64,000 bases of DNA from assembly GCA_964188305.1 (NCBI GenBank), contig OZ076886.1; one strand, written 5' to 3'. The notes below the pieces were generated by a model. It worked only from the letters and a program-made list of their open reading frames with translations, was not told the DNA's origin and ran no database searches. The stretch is from Podarcis bocagei. Taxonomy: Eukaryota. The translations under genes and the position numbers were made by a program. This document shows, one piece after another, positions 24,564-38,230 of this stretch; the first letter of the stretch is position 1, and each line of letters starts with the position of its first letter.

Positions 24564-26604
24564 CTTTGCTGTAGCACATTTGTGCTAAGCTATGATTTGG
24601 CTTAGCATTATGTCCAAATTGGATCACTGAGGCAGGATGTGACCAGTGAATCTTTTACTTCATTCTCTCACTGGTCATCTGTTTTCTCTTACCCACCCTC
24701 TTTCCTTGCCTATTTTTGATCAAAAGTTTAATTCCTTTTCAACAGCTAGAAGAATTTCCTCTTTAATTAATTGCCTGGTCAAGCCCATTCAGAATGCTAA
24801 ATTAAAAACTGAAGTCTATCTCACAATGATAGCAAAGGCAACCAGCAGAAAACTGCTGCAGCCCATCTCCACCTCTGTCTTCTTTTGCCAGTGGAAGGAT
24901 GAATATGGCTATTTTAATTCACAAGCAAAATGGTTTTTAACAAGGAAGGACTATTTACTGTTGTCAGAAAATTCAGCAGAGACATGATCAAGGCTCTTGT
25001 GTAAAATGTGCAGGGGTTCTCGCTACCTATAAAAAGACATAAATTAATTGGGGGGGAGAGAGATTGGCGGGCAGGAGAGAGACAAACTGGCACAACTACA
25101 ACTGGTTTATTATTGGAGGGTTAAGCTACCCTGAAAAGAGTCATTGTCACTGCAGGTTGCACCAGTACTAGAAACCCAGATTTGGGGACTGTGAAATCCT
25201 GTTTGCACAGCTTCCGCCAAAAGTGCTTTATTAGCAAGTTGCAAAGTCTCTCGGGCTGGAATTTCTGCTGCAAAATGGCATCCAGGCCAAGCTCACAAAT
25301 CATTAGCCCTGCAATCTTGTTTATCCTGCTAGGGATTGGAGTTTGGCCTGTTACAAAATCGGAGCAGCAAGTTTGAATGGTTCCGAGCAAAATAATAAAT
25401 AAACCGGCTGGCGCTTTGAAGAGTGGAGGGATGCTCACTTGATACTGACAGGATCAAGGCTGGCCATGGAAGCCTGCCTGTGGGGAAAGGGGGGGGGGGG
25501 ACACTTGCAGACAGCCAGGGCCAGCAGCCAGCTCCACAGCCATTCTCGTTCACCGCAGAGGAGCTCTAATTCGGACACATCGGTTTTTGAAAAGGGCTAG
25601 CCAGGCGCCCATTCTGGGTACAAATCACTTTCTAAATGTGAAAAATACGCAATTAATGTAAGGACTGTTACCTAAACTATTCATTACCCTTCTTAGCAGG
25701 GTGAGAACTGATTGCTTGGTTGCTTCTGTACACACCTTGCTTTTCCTCAATGGAACTCCTGTCAAGCGTTGTATCTTTACAGCAAACCTAGGAGATGGTT
25801 TCTACATTGAGTCAGAGAGAGCATTTGATTTAGGAATTTGCTGGCTGGTCAGCAAGCTCATCCCTCAGTGAGGACTACCCTGCACCTGCCTAAACCCATT
25901 CCTCGCTGTGTTTGTTTGCTTTTCTTTTATGTGTGTGTTTTTTGTAGTTACATGATACACCTCTGCTTTCCACAGACTGATTTGCATATGCTGTGCTTTT
26001 GGAAGGGGGACATTTTTTAAACATCACCTCTCCTTTAAAGCTTTATTTGCAAAACAGACATTGCGAAAGCCTCGGCTATGAGAGCAGCCTAATAAACAGC
26101 CCAAAACACTTAAATAATCAGATCTTTGGAAAACAGGATGCTCTGTTTTCCATAGGGCTGTTTTGTGCATTTTGATAACTAGCAGGGGTTGTATAATGAC
26201 CCTTTAAAGAATGGTGTTTCTAGCATTTCCTAACATTATAACATTTGCATGATTATATTACACTTGGCATCCATATTAAGATTGTAAATAAATATACCGG
26301 TCACCCAACAGAGGAATATATAACATGGTGTTAGACTAGATGACTATCTGCGGGCATGTATAATTTGGGACCAGGCAACCCCCTTTCAAAAAAAGTATTC
26401 TATTTGTTTGTGTGCGCGTGGCATAAAAATTGCAGCTTTGTTTATTATTATAACCTCCATCATCTCTTCCTCTTACGATATTGTCAAGTGCTCATCGTTT
26501 TTGAGAGGTGAGAAGTTCCAGAAGAAAAGCTACAGGGGTTGGCTTCCTTTCAGTGGTCAAGCCCAGCGTGCCTTTGTGGTGTTTCTTTTGTTTATAAATA
26601 TGTA

Positions 26605-26841
26605 GGGTGGAATTCATTGCAGCGCTAAGTGGAGTATGCTTGCCTGAAATGAGGTCTGCTTGCACAATGGAGCTTTCCCCTCTTCTCCCCCTGCATGCAC
26701 CCTGCACACATTCTAAACATGTTCTGGTTTTCCGCCATCCCTCCAGAGCACATTTAGGGTGGGTGCATGGGGCACTGGGTGGATGGAGTCCCATTGCACA
26801 AGTGGACCTCATTCCATACACACAATTACTTAACTGAACCC
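26605..26841. mobile_element. Probable PIF/Harbinger-like MITE
   Basis: Imperfect inverted structure (CTGCTTGCACAATGG / CCATTGCACAAGTGG) with GGG...CCC ends. Confidence 0.45.
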
Positions 26842-27233
26842 TGCCCATAACTAGAGCATAGTGGAAGCAAATGGACCCTCTTCTATAGCAGGCAGTAGAC
26901 CTGTTCACCCTGAATCAGAACTCAATGAGACCCTCCCTAATTAGGGTGTTTCAGTCAACTCACTGTCCACTCTGTCTCTTCAAACTGAAACTGCTTGAAT
27001 CTGCTTCTCTGCTCCCTTCCACTAGCTGAAGGATGTCATCTTGCAAACTCTGGTGGATATTATAGTCTAAAAGCTAGAAATATATTATTAGTTATCTAGA
27101 GAACATAACATTTTATCATTTTAGCAGGGCTAGCACACAGAAAGCCCCAGCAGAGTATAAAATCAAGTCATAACTTGTGCAGCAGAACTGCATATGGATA
27201 GGCTGTTAAACCTGTTTAAAATTCCATTTAATT

Positions 27234-27605
27234 TGCTGAAACAGCAGCCCCTTTCTACCTCTTTTAGCATTGCACAGACCACACACTGGTAAGTAAGTTT
27301 AAAATTCTTTACTTACAGATTGAGATGTCTGATACATGCATTGTTCCATGCAGCACCAAGGAGAACACAAGCAAAATATACAGCAAGGTAGCTTCAAACA
27401 CATGCTCTAAGCTTGGGAGCAAACTTAGCCATTTCATCCTTTGTTACATGGTGGAGAGAGGAATAAGCTTCACTTCCTCCCTCACAGAGGGAGCGTGACA
27501 TAGTTTAAGTCATAGTTTAAGTCTAGGAACAGAACTCTGTGGTCTTAACCCCTTCTAACTAGCTCTTATGCATACTGTAGTTATGTTTGACTGCAATTTC
27601 TCACA
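27234..27605 (-). mobile_element. Possible solo LTR
   Basis: TG...CA ends and LTR-like composition; no clear TSD. Confidence 0.25.
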
Positions 27606-27964
27606 GATGAGACATCAACTGATCATTGTTTAGTTGGAAGCCATCAGGTGAATGCAAAATAGTTTCCCAATGTGTGTAACAATACTATTTCTACTAGTAG
27701 TAGGATTTCCCATTTTTATCCTAACATATGTCAATATTTATTGTATTGTTATCAGCTCTATGCTTCCCCCAGAGAAAAAAGTGAGACAGAAATTGTTTTT
27801 ACTAATGTGAAATATAGGTACCGTACATCCAGTGATGCAGTTAAATAATGAATGAAGGGGCTATCAGAGGAGAGGAGGTTGTTTCTATATGATACTGGGT
27901 GGTATTGCAGAACCACACTATTAACTGAACCACACTATTAATTAAAAGCACTATTAATTGAAGG

Positions 27965-28110
27965 CAAGGCTTCCCCCAAGAATTCTGGGAACTGTAGTTT
28001 GTTCAGTGGGCTGAGAATTGTAGCTGTGTTAGAAGGAAACTACAGTTTCCAGGGTTATGGGGGGGGGAGAGTGCCATACACATTGAATGTGCTTTAAATG
28101 TATAGTGTGA
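27965..28110. mobile_element. Short palindromic repeat (GGGAACTGTAGTTT family)
   Basis: GGGAACTGTAGTTT / AAACTACAGTTTCC arms; related copy at about 62690-62815. Confidence 0.55.
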
Positions 28111-28129
28111 CTCTGTTTTGCTCTTAGTA

Positions 28130-28504
28130 AAAAAAAGGTAAAGGACCCCTGACAGTTAAGTCCAGTCGCAAACGACTCTGGGGTTACGGCGCTCATCTTG
28201 CTTTACTGGCTGAGGGAGCTGACATGTGTCCACAGACTATTTTTCCGGGTCATTGGGTCAGCATGACTAAGCCGCTTCTGGCGAAACAGGAGCAGCGCAC
28301 AGAAACGCCGCTTACCTTCCCGCTGGAGCGGTACCTATTTATCTATTTATCTACTTGCACTTTGATGTGTTTTTAAACTGCTAGGTGGGCAGGAGCAGGG
28401 ACCGAGCAATGGAAGCTCACCCTGTCACGGGGAATTGAACTGCCAACCTTCTGATCGGCAAGCCCTAGGCTCTGTGGTTTAGACCACAGTGCCACCCGCG
28501 TCCC
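28130..28504 (-). mobile_element. Sauria SINE
   Basis: Full length; perfect 12-bp TSD TTGCTCTTAGTA. Confidence 0.95.
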
Positions 28505-30296
28505 TTGCTCTTAGTAGACCCATTTAGATTATGGTCCTAGTCTATTCTGAGTAGAACTAAGTTGAACACCACCCAATGTGCCTGACTTCACTTGCCTCAA
28601 AATTCATGATCCAGTTCTGCTGCATTTGGGAGCTCTCCTACTCAATCTACTGAGTGGTGCTCTGGACTTCTGCCTCTAAATCCTGTCCTGACAACGCCAC
28701 TGAGCACACCCATTCTGGCACACAAGAATGGGCCTGTATGGAGAGGTTTTTTGTGTGTTTTTTTAAAGCACTGGGATAAGTACTTTGTGGAAGATGGAAC
28801 AAAAAAGCAAGGCAGCATTCCGCCAAACCCCAGAGCCATTTAGGCACCCAAAGAAAGCACGTGCATCAATTAAACATGCACATAGTTTAATCCTCACAGC
28901 CCAATCTGATTCTTACTGATTTCTAAAGCAAGACAGCCTTGGACCGCAACTATGTGGCAGGAAAACTAGGGTGACTTGTCAGTGCAAAGGTTGGGATATT
29001 TCCAGATGTCTTGATTATCTCACCTTGATGGGATCTGAGTTTCATGTGAAAGACTAGGGCTTTTAAAGTGCCTGTTGGGCTGCAAAAGCATAGTCTGCTT
29101 TGGGAGTTTTGTAAAGGGCCTGAAACTGCGATATGATTCTGTCTTAAAGCAAGCACTCCCCACACTCCCCAAAAAACTAGCCTCTCGGTTTCATCATGGG
29201 AGAGAGCAATAGATTCCTGCAGAGATTATTCTTATTTGTGAGAGCTTTGTGTTTATTTTAGTCTCCCTTCTTTGCATATGAACAGTCCATGTGAGCCGAA
29301 GTGCTTTCCATGTGACTTTCTCATTCCTATGCTTGCAGTGTAGCAGGGCATTTAAAGCAACCGGCAAGGTCAGTCTCTGTTTGTCGGTGGCATTGCAAGA
29401 GCAACGCTACGGAAAAGATGTTTTAGAAACACCACAGCCATCGCCGCCCACCCATGGGCGAAGTCTGCATGAGGAACGCTGCATTCCTCCAAGGAACACT
29501 GGCACCACAAGGAAAGGTCATCTATCTTTCTGTCAAATGCCGCCGGGTTGGGATTCCACATTTGGGAATCCTGAAGAGGACACATTAACTAAGTCAAAAC
29601 AGCTACTCCAGCTCCCCTGCACAGTGCCACAGCCCTATCTGTGCTGCAGTGTTCAGAAGCTGCTCCCTTCCGCTGCAGGACAAGAAGCAAACTGCAAGGG
29701 TTCATTTTGCTTTTGCATATGTGCCAAGAACCCCACTTCCTCCCTTCGCCAGGCCTGCAATGCTACCAGGTTGTGAAGCCAGCCAGGAGACCAGAGAGCA
29801 GGTGTTATTATATTGCCATTTATAGACCGCTTTCCTGCCAATCGGCTAGTAGAGGAAAAATAAAAACAAGTCACAAATCAATACGATTGCAGAACGTCCA
29901 TACTAAAGCAGCACCCAGAAGTTTTTACAAATTGAACAGGAGATCAGCAAGCAAGAAAATAGCCATTCTGTGTGATAAAGGAAGCGTGTTTTTAAATTCA
30001 CTAAATTTTGAAACAAGGAGGGTCCCCCCTCCTTTTATTTAATAAAGAATCCCCTCTATAAAAATGGGAAATATTGATCAGTAGTCAGAGATTGAAATGG
30101 AAGCCCTCAATAGCTGAGCTTAGACAGTGCAGAACTTTTATTGGAGATGGCTTTAATTTGAGCCAGGTTTAGCCCCAGAGATTGTAAGTCTATGAGCACT
30201 GCTATGGAATATGTGAACTAGCAATAAATAAAATATTGGTTCCGAGCATGTGCAGAGTACACTTCCTTTACTACTACTTTACTACTTTACTACTAC

Positions 30297-30336
30297 TTTA
30301 TTTTGACTATGGCAGACCAACACGGCTACCTACCTG
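30297..30336 (+). mobile_element. Ultra-short Penelope-like 3' terminus
   Basis: TTTTGACTATGGCAGACCAACACGGCTACCTACCTG is the exact reverse complement of 45054-45089; flanked by TTCCTTTACTACT (30263 and 30337). Confidence 0.8.
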
Positions 30337-30387
30337 TTCCTTTACTACTGTCACCCACTATGCAGAATATGCACAGTGCTTCTAGAT

Positions 30388-30719
30388 CACGGGTAGGCAA
30401 ACTAAGGCCCAGGGTCCGGATCCGGCCCAATCACCTTCTACATCTGGCCCATGGACGGTCCAGGAACCAGCGTGTTTTTCCACAAGCAGAATGTGTGATT
30501 TTATTTAAAATGCATCTCTGGGTTATTTGTGGGACCTGCCTGGTGTATTTACATAAGTAGAATGTGTGCTTTTATTTAAAATGCATCTCTGGGTTATTTG
30601 TGGGGCATAGGAATTCATTCATTTCCCCTCCCCTCCCCCCCAAAAAATATAGTCCACCCCCCCACAAGGTCTGAGAGACAGTGGACCGGTCCCCTGCTGA
30701 AAAACTTTGCTGACCCCTG
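30388..30719. mobile_element. hAT (Charlie-like) MITE
   Basis: Termini CACGGGTAGGCAAAC / CTTTGCTGACCCCTG; perfect TSD TTCTAGAT; internal tandem duplication. Confidence 0.9.
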
Positions 30720-31343
30720 TTCTAGATCTTCCAGTGATTTGTAGGGTGTGGAGGACGGAATAACACAGCTGAATGCTCCTCCACCTAAAAATAAACTTAA
30801 AATGCATACAGAACGAGCATTTTAGGGAGAAGGGCTGAATTGAACATTCTCCCTGAAATTCCAACTTTCTCTATACAGGGTGGGGGCTGGACACCCAGGT
30901 ATTAGCAGGAGCTTGCGGGGATGGAAGAAGCATGCAGCAGGCAACTACATGTCTATAGCCTGAAGTAGCACACTCCAGGAAAAGCTACCACCTGATTCTT
31001 CTGGATGTTCCGTTCCTCCCATTATGAGATAGAAATAAACCACACAGGCCTCCGCTTTCTTTACCAAAGAGTTTCCCAGTAACATGAAGATAGCAACCAG
31101 ACACCATAGCAACAAGTGTTTCATTTTTGTAGAGTTTAGTATAAAGTTTTGATGCTTTGATCACCTGACTTGAAAATTAGCAGAATTGCTAACCTTGCTA
31201 ACTGTTGTGCATGTGGAAGTCTGCCCACATCCCATTGGATGCAACTCTTTGCAACTTTAAACAGATTAATCAAATATTGTTGGGTAGTTTTTGTTTTTCA
31301 GAGGGAATGTTAGTCATCTAATATGTTTTATTATGTTCTTATA

Positions 31344-31569
31344 CAGTAGTACTTCGGATTACAGACGTTTCGGGTTACAAACTCCGCTAACCAGGAAGTG
31401 GTTGCTCCAGGTTAAGAACTTTGCCCCAGGATAAAAACAGAAATCACACGCCAGCAGTGCAGCAGCAGCAAGAGACCCCATTAGCGAAAGCACGCCTCAG
31501 ATTAAGAACCATTTCAGGTTAAGAACGGACCTTTGAAACGAATTAAGTTCTTAACCCGAGGTACCACTA
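31344..31569. mobile_element. Tigger/pogo-like MITE (older copy)
   Basis: Homologous to 19991-20233; TA flanks. Confidence 0.85.
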
Positions 31570-32258
31570 TATATGTTGGAAGCAGCCCAGTGGTTGGGGC
31601 AACCCAGTCAGATGGGTGACGTACAAAAAAACAAACAAACTGCAGTAAGTACCATATAACTCAATGGCACGTCCCTCTTCAATCTGCTTTGCACAATGAC
31701 ACCAAAGCAAAACTGCCCGATGAAGCCAATTATATGAACTCGGTTTATTCAACAACTTGCTACATGACAACATTGGAGTCAAAGGTCACAGCAGCTATCA
31801 GGACATGCCTGTTCACTTTCATTGTGCTGAAATCCAGTATGCTAACACTTGTTTCCTGAAAAGAAGCAGGTAAGGGAATTCATTTGTTCTTACTGAGAAA
31901 GGTCAATTGGTTCCAAGAAAAGCCATTTTGCTGACTTTTAAAGAGCCTGGGCTCATCCAGACTTCCTCTTGTGCTGTGCTTTCCAGACTTTGGTCCATGG
32001 TTTAAAGCTCTGTGTCTGGGTGTGTTTCATTTTTTATTTTTGTCCTGGTGCTTTCCCTGGGAAAAGCCACGCTTTACAGTTGAATTGGAGCAAACAGAAA
32101 TCTGCAGAAAACCCAATTGCTGTTTGCTCTGCTTCAACAGTAAAATGTGGGTTTTCCCAGGGCAAACACTGGGACAATAAATAAATAAAACTCACTCAGA
32201 CAGGGCATTTTAAAGCCCGGACCTGTGCCTAGAAATGTGGCCAAAAGGAAGTCGGGAT

Positions 32259-32394
32259 CAGGCATTGGCAAACTCAGCCAGCCAGATGTTTTGGGACTAC
32301 AATTCCCATCACCCCTAGCCAGTGGTCCTGTTAGCTGGGGATGATGGGAGTTGTAGTCCCAAAACATCTGGAGGGCCGAGTTTGCCTATGCCTG
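32259..32394. mobile_element. Palindromic hAT MITE (third copy of the 2170 family)
   Basis: Same TIRs; TSD GTCGGGAT/GTCTGGAT. Confidence 0.9.
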
Positions 32395-33753
32395 GTCTGG
32401 ATGATTGTTGAACTCCCAGTTCCCATCAGCCCCACCCTGTGAGGCCAACCATCAGGGATGATGGGCAATACAACATCAGGAGAGCACCAGGTTCCCCATC
32501 CCTAAGCCAATCGCTTGTGTGAAATCAATGCTAAGCAACAGAAGAGGAATAAATCTGTTAATCAGTGTAAAGGTTAAGAAGAGCCTGTGCATCCATTTCA
32601 ACAGGGCTTGCTTAGTGACCCTCAACCCCACCGACTGTTGCTGGGGAAAGCTCGAGTTATTTTGCAAGCAAACAAGCAGAGCAAAAGGCAATGGAAAGGT
32701 TGGGTTTTGATGCTGAGTAATTATTAAGCTGTAATTAGCGCAGGGCAGCCGTGGTCTGTTCAAATCCCAGTTCTGCAGGTGGACAGGGTCAGAGAGCAAA
32801 AGGAGCTACAGAGCAGAATAGGTAACCCTTTAAGCTACTAACTGCAGAGAGAGATTGGGTCACTCGAGTGTCTTGTGCTACATCGGTGTCAAGGCCAACC
32901 AGGCAACCCGTATCCCAAGGCATAACGGCATACCCATGCATGCTCAGCACCAAACGTGTCAGGAGAAAACTGTAGGAGAAGGGAGAAGAACTAAGGACTC
33001 GGGAAGGGTGCAGGGATCAGATCAGGCAGTGGCAGATTCAAGAGAGACGAGAGAAGCTACTTCATCACTTGACAAAAGGCTATAGAAACAGCATTTTTTC
33101 TTCAAGCAGAAGAAGGCGTGCTGCTGATCAGGGAGTTGCCATCAGAACCAGCAGCAACCTAATGTCAAGTTCAGCCTTTGTAACGTTTAATAAGGGAAAT
33201 GTGTAACACGACACCATCAAAACATGTATTTCCCAAATATAGGTTGTTAAGGGGATTGGAAGAGTGCTGACTACATTTCCCTTACACTGAAGCGGGTAAT
33301 AAAAGGTCCGGCTGCTGTCTTTGCTGGTTACTTCATGTTCACTGTCATTCCTAGTTCTGCCCTGAAAACCATTAACAAAAACTTCAAATCAGTGTTTGAC
33401 AGCCGGGACATAACTGAGCAAGCAGTCCTTCCCATTCCAGTACCATGTGCTTGGGGGAAAACAACCAACCAACCTAAGCATGTTCAGGCTGCCTTCCTTA
33501 AAGGTGAGGCCTCTTAGAAGAATGTTTAGTAGCTATGAAGTGGTAACATAACATTGCTGAACACATCATACATGTGGCTATAACCCTAACATGTATGTGA
33601 TGGACCTAAGTTCCCGTTACCTTCAGGGTGACTCGAGGGCCGCAGAAGCTATGTGTAGGGGTTCCTGCTCTAGCTTTCTTTTTGCAAAGCCAGTAGGCTC
33701 ATACCCGCCAACATTTCCCCCGATGAAAATAGGAACGTCCTAAGGAAAAGCGG

Positions 33754-34103
33754 GGGACGCGGGTGGTGCTGTGGGTTAAACCACAGAGGACTTGCTGCTC
33801 AGAAGGTTGGCGGTATGAATCCCCGCGATGGGGTGAGCTCCCATTGCTCGGTCCCTGCTCCTGCCAACCTAGCAGTTCGAAAGCATGACAAAGTGCAAAT
33901 AGATAAATAGGTACCGCCCCGGCGGGAAGGTAAATGGTGTTTCCATGTGCTGCTCTGGTTCATCAGAAGCAGCTTAGTCATGCTGGCCACATGACCCGGA
34001 AGCTGTACGCCTGCTCCTTCGGCCAATAAAGCGAGATGAGCACCGCAACCCCAGAGTCGGTCACGACTGGACCTAATGGTCAGGGGTCCCTTTACCTTTA
34101 CCT
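33754..34103 (+). mobile_element. Sauria SINE inserted in an older repeat (about 33695-34190)
   Basis: Head GGGGACGCGGGTGG, tail TTTACCTTTACC; TAAGGAAAAGC on both flanks. Confidence 0.95.
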
Positions 34104-36099
34104 TAAGGAAAAGCAGGAATCAAATCAGAAACTGGGATGGCTTCTGTAAATCCAGTACTGTCCCTAGAAAATAGGGGCACTTGGAGGGCTTGCCAGCTGT
34201 TGAGCTGGCAAGCCCTCCAAGCCCTCCTGGAGCAACCCAGCAATCCGAACCATTCAGTCCCAAGTACAGGTTACATTCAGTTCAACTCAGTTTGAAAGCA
34301 TGGTGGTTTGCAGTGGTGTTAACAGAGTGTCCTCTGTGCCTGCGATAATAGAACCATATTCCCACTTGCCTACAGCTCCCTCTCCAAAATCAGCTGACCA
34401 CAAAGTGTGGTCATGGACTGAAGACTGTGGCGGAAAGGGCATGACTTCTGAGTCTCCCTTTCTTCTCCTTCCCTCTTGCTCCCCACCACTTGGAGGAAGC
34501 TGTGCCTTCATCTCCCTGCGTTGACTCAGGGTCACAGCCTCTAAAAATAAACTGTTTGTATTGATTAACTTGGCTGTACCAGCAGCAGTGAATCAGCGAT
34601 AAGAAACTGAACCTAAACAAACCTTTACAGCACTTACGGCTGCCGGATTATCCCTGCAGCATGCGGCTCCCCAGAGGCCTTCTGTTTTCCACTTTCAGAT
34701 TATTAGTATATGGACAAAGAGAAGCTTTCAAACCAAGGGGAAAATTACAAATCTGAAATCGTCACTTCTTTCTCAGTAAACCAGAAAAAGATTTGTGTGG
34801 GTTCTTTTCCCTTTGCCAGGCACAGCTTTTCTAATGCAGTTCCATATGAATTGTTGATTGTAAACTGACCCTGTATAAACTTTCTGGAGAAGTTTAGTGT
34901 CAACTCCCATCATTTATTCCGAGGGGCACCTGAGTGTATATGAAATGATAGGATGCAATTAATTTCTCACCAGGGTAGAAAGCTTTAAAGTATGTTATTA
35001 ATCTTACCCTACTGGAAGAAGAAACAGCAGCTAGCATCTCAGCAGATCAATCTTTCACCTTATGTGGAATTAAATAAAAGAGAGCGGAAATATGCTTGTC
35101 CTTTGGTCCTCTTATTTCCAGGTTTCAGGTAGGTTGTTAACGAAGTCTAATTAAATTCCTGAGCCAATAGAAGGTTCCCAGTCCTCATTTCCATCAAAGA
35201 GAGTTTCTTATTAGACGAGAGGTGGCATGCTACCCTAAATGTAATACCTGGGTGAAAAGCAGATATGCTTCCAAACATTACTGTGTTACTGTAGGAAATC
35301 CAATTACAATAAGAGCATAGATACCCATAATTATGGCAACCTCATGATGTCTTTTGCTCCCATATCTCAAATAGCTAGCAATAAAACTGTAATCAGCATA
35401 TATAAACAATATGTGGATGTTGATCTCTGTTATTATGACCTCTCTCCTCAGGAGCATCCCATCTCTCCCCATAAGGATAGGTAATTGCTATATCAAGTTC
35501 GCAATCATGCATTGGGTTGCCTATAGCATTAAGTCACTCCCCATTCCAATTGTCCTGTAAGACTGGTTAGCAATTGCCTGGGCTGAGAGGAGACATTGCA
35601 GAATGTTACACAAACAAAGAATTATCACAGTGTGCGAGGTAATGGAAGATTCTGTCAAGGGTGCAACAAAAGGTGAATTCACCGGCCAACGACTTGCGGG
35701 ATTGTCAACTTTTAAAACATAATCTGGCACCACAGGTGGTATATCTCTGAGCATGTACAGAATGGAAAATACTTTAAAGCAAAAGCAAAGGACATCTTAG
35801 CCCATGCAGAGTGCCTTTCCTTTCTAAGCACTATAGGGTCAAGAGTGCCTTTGAAAGAAAGGCTGTAGCTCAGTGGCAGGTCACATTTCTTTAATGCTAA
35901 AGCCCCCAATTTCAAACCCTGGCACCTCCAGGGAAAGTCTCCTGTCTGAAACCCCAGAGATCTGTTGTGTGCTGCCTGTCATGCCACCCCACCCCCTGTA
36001 CAATTACCTCTGCTTTCAGGGGCTTTTTAATAAAATGTTTTCAACAAATGCAGTAAATACCCCACCTTCTAGCTGCTTGGCTATAAATGTTTTTTTCAA

Positions 36100-36345
36100 G
36101 CCAGTGTGGTGTGGCCATTAGTGTCGGACTAGGACTTGGGACACCATGGTTCAAATCCCAATTTGGCCATGAGACTTACTGGGTGGCCTTGGGCAAGTCA
36201 CTGCTTCTCTGCCTTACCTACCTCACAGGGATACTGTGAAGATAAAATGAGGAAGAGGAGAACCATGTAGGTCACCTTGAGCTTCTTTGAGAAAAAGATG
36301 GGAAATAAATGCAATAATTAAATGATAAAAATAAAATAAAAATAA
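36100..36345 (+). mobile_element. CORE/L2-tailed tRNA SINE (Squam3/MIR-like)
   Basis: A box GTGGTGTGGCCATTAG, B box GGTTCAAATCC, CORE-like CCTTGGGCAAGTCAC, (TAAAA)n tail. Confidence 0.8.
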
Positions 36346-37508
36346 AGCAGCCAGAGAAGCCCTCTCTTTATAATTTTTAAACTGTTTAAAAAGGATGCCA
36401 GTTTTTCATTAATCCCCTTAAAGAATGTTACATGGACATTTGACAGAATGGTATTTCCTGGTTACTTATGTGCAAGGGACATGAAGTGGATTCAGACCAG
36501 TCCATCCATCTCTGAGTATGAATGGTACACTTATTAAAGCAGTCTCAACATTTCGCCTTCCTGTAGAATTTGCAAATTCACAGATTATGTATTAATCATG
36601 CTTAATGTTGCTTTTATTCAATCAATTTTAGCCTGAACTTGTAACTTATTGTCTTTTAATGCTTATGGTTTCAATCGATACGAGGATGCAGAGATCTATT
36701 TTATCTCCTCTGGTTGGGCACTGCGTTGTTGTGTGGGCAGAAGTGAGGGGGAGAAAACCTGTTTCACAGAAGCAGAGTGAAAACATGTCACATCTTATTT
36801 TACTGAGCACATTAGCCGGCTCTTCGTAGGGAGCAAACACCAAAAGCTGCGGTTGTCCACTCTAGCGCTCTGCTTTTCATTAGCAGGATATTGCATTATG
36901 GCGTGAACCTCTTCTCACATCAGGCTAGCCGGCTTGCTATTGAAGGCAGCCATGTGCATTATTTCAGGCCTGTTGGGCCATCAGCATTACCATGGTTACT
37001 AGAACAGAGCGGTATTGCGCCAACACACATTTGCCATCATAATATCACAACTAGGCTGATAGTCTCGGAAATTCAGAAGGGGCCACGTCCACTACTATAC
37101 ACTGACCTTTTGAGAAAATGCTTCATACTTGTGGATCTATGCTGAGCCTTTGCAAAATATAATACAGTATTCTTGCTGAGGGAAGGACATTGTTCTGAAG
37201 GGCTCCTCCACCCCCTGCAAGGTGCTCCCTTTCCATAGTGTGTAAGGTGCAAGTGTCTCCATCTGAGGCCTTAGACAGATAGGCTGCAGCACTTTGGTAA
37301 AGCAGTGGGCATACCAGCAGCATTAAAAGCCTCAACGTCTGATCAGGTGACTCACTACATCTCCATTTTATCCTCTCAATAACCCTGTGAGGTAGGTCAG
37401 GTTAACCACCATGCTGCACACTTGGCCCTGTAAGCACACTTGGCTCTGAGCAGAACATCTCCTCTGAGCAGCTTTTATAAGACCGAGTTCCTGTGTACGT
37501 CTTTCCCA

Positions 37509-37960
37509 GCAGTGGCTGCTGTCCATTGGGAGTGGTGGTGCGGAAGGCAGGAGGGCCAACAGTAGGTGGAGCTAAAGCCCATAAGAAACAGAGCTAACTA
37601 ATCCTGGTTTTGCCCACATCCTACCTGTTGAGTTCTGCAAAGACAACATGGAGTCTAAGATGGAGGGAGCTGACCGCCAGTCCTATCACCAGGGGCGGAT
37701 TTGTTAAAATGGTGCCCTGAGCAAGGACAAAATTTGGTATACCTCTCTAAATATTTCTTATTTTCACAATAGTTCCTTTTGAGTAGGTACCTGTATAAAT
37801 ATAGGTTATTATTATCAGCATTGTCACCATTATTTTGCAAACCCCCCCCCCCCATTTCAGTGCCCTGTGCCCACACTGCCTTAATTCTGGTGCTGCTACC
37901 ACCTGAAGTAGATGCAAGGAAGGAGGTGGGCAAGTGAGGGCTGGCTGAGAGCAGACTGAG
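37509..37960. mobile_element. Nested hAT-like elements (inner element about 37690-37895)
   Basis: CAGTGG and CAGGGGCGGATTT termini; imperfect flanking duplication CTATCAC/CTACCAC. Confidence 0.4.
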
Positions 37961-38230
37961 GCTGGTGGGGCTGTGCCCTGTTTGCCCTTAAGGGAGCAGT
38001 CTTCACTGCTCTTACCTTAAGCTTCTGTTTCTTTCCTGGCTGATTTCCCCATGGCTTCCCAAGGAGACATGATATTCCAAATTTATTTTCAGATGAAAAT
38101 GGGTGGAATAATAGATTGTGCAGCCGACAAAAGACTACCTGGAATGCCATGGAGAGATGGACTGGTAAGTCCGAGGATAAGAGATAATGATGAATATTGC
38201 ATGGTATATATATAAATTGTAAAAATGCAT

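Noticed and set aside
32957-33074. TGTCA...TGACA mini-LTR candidate
   Set aside because: Only 118 bp with an imperfect TSD (AAACG/AAAGG); could be chance
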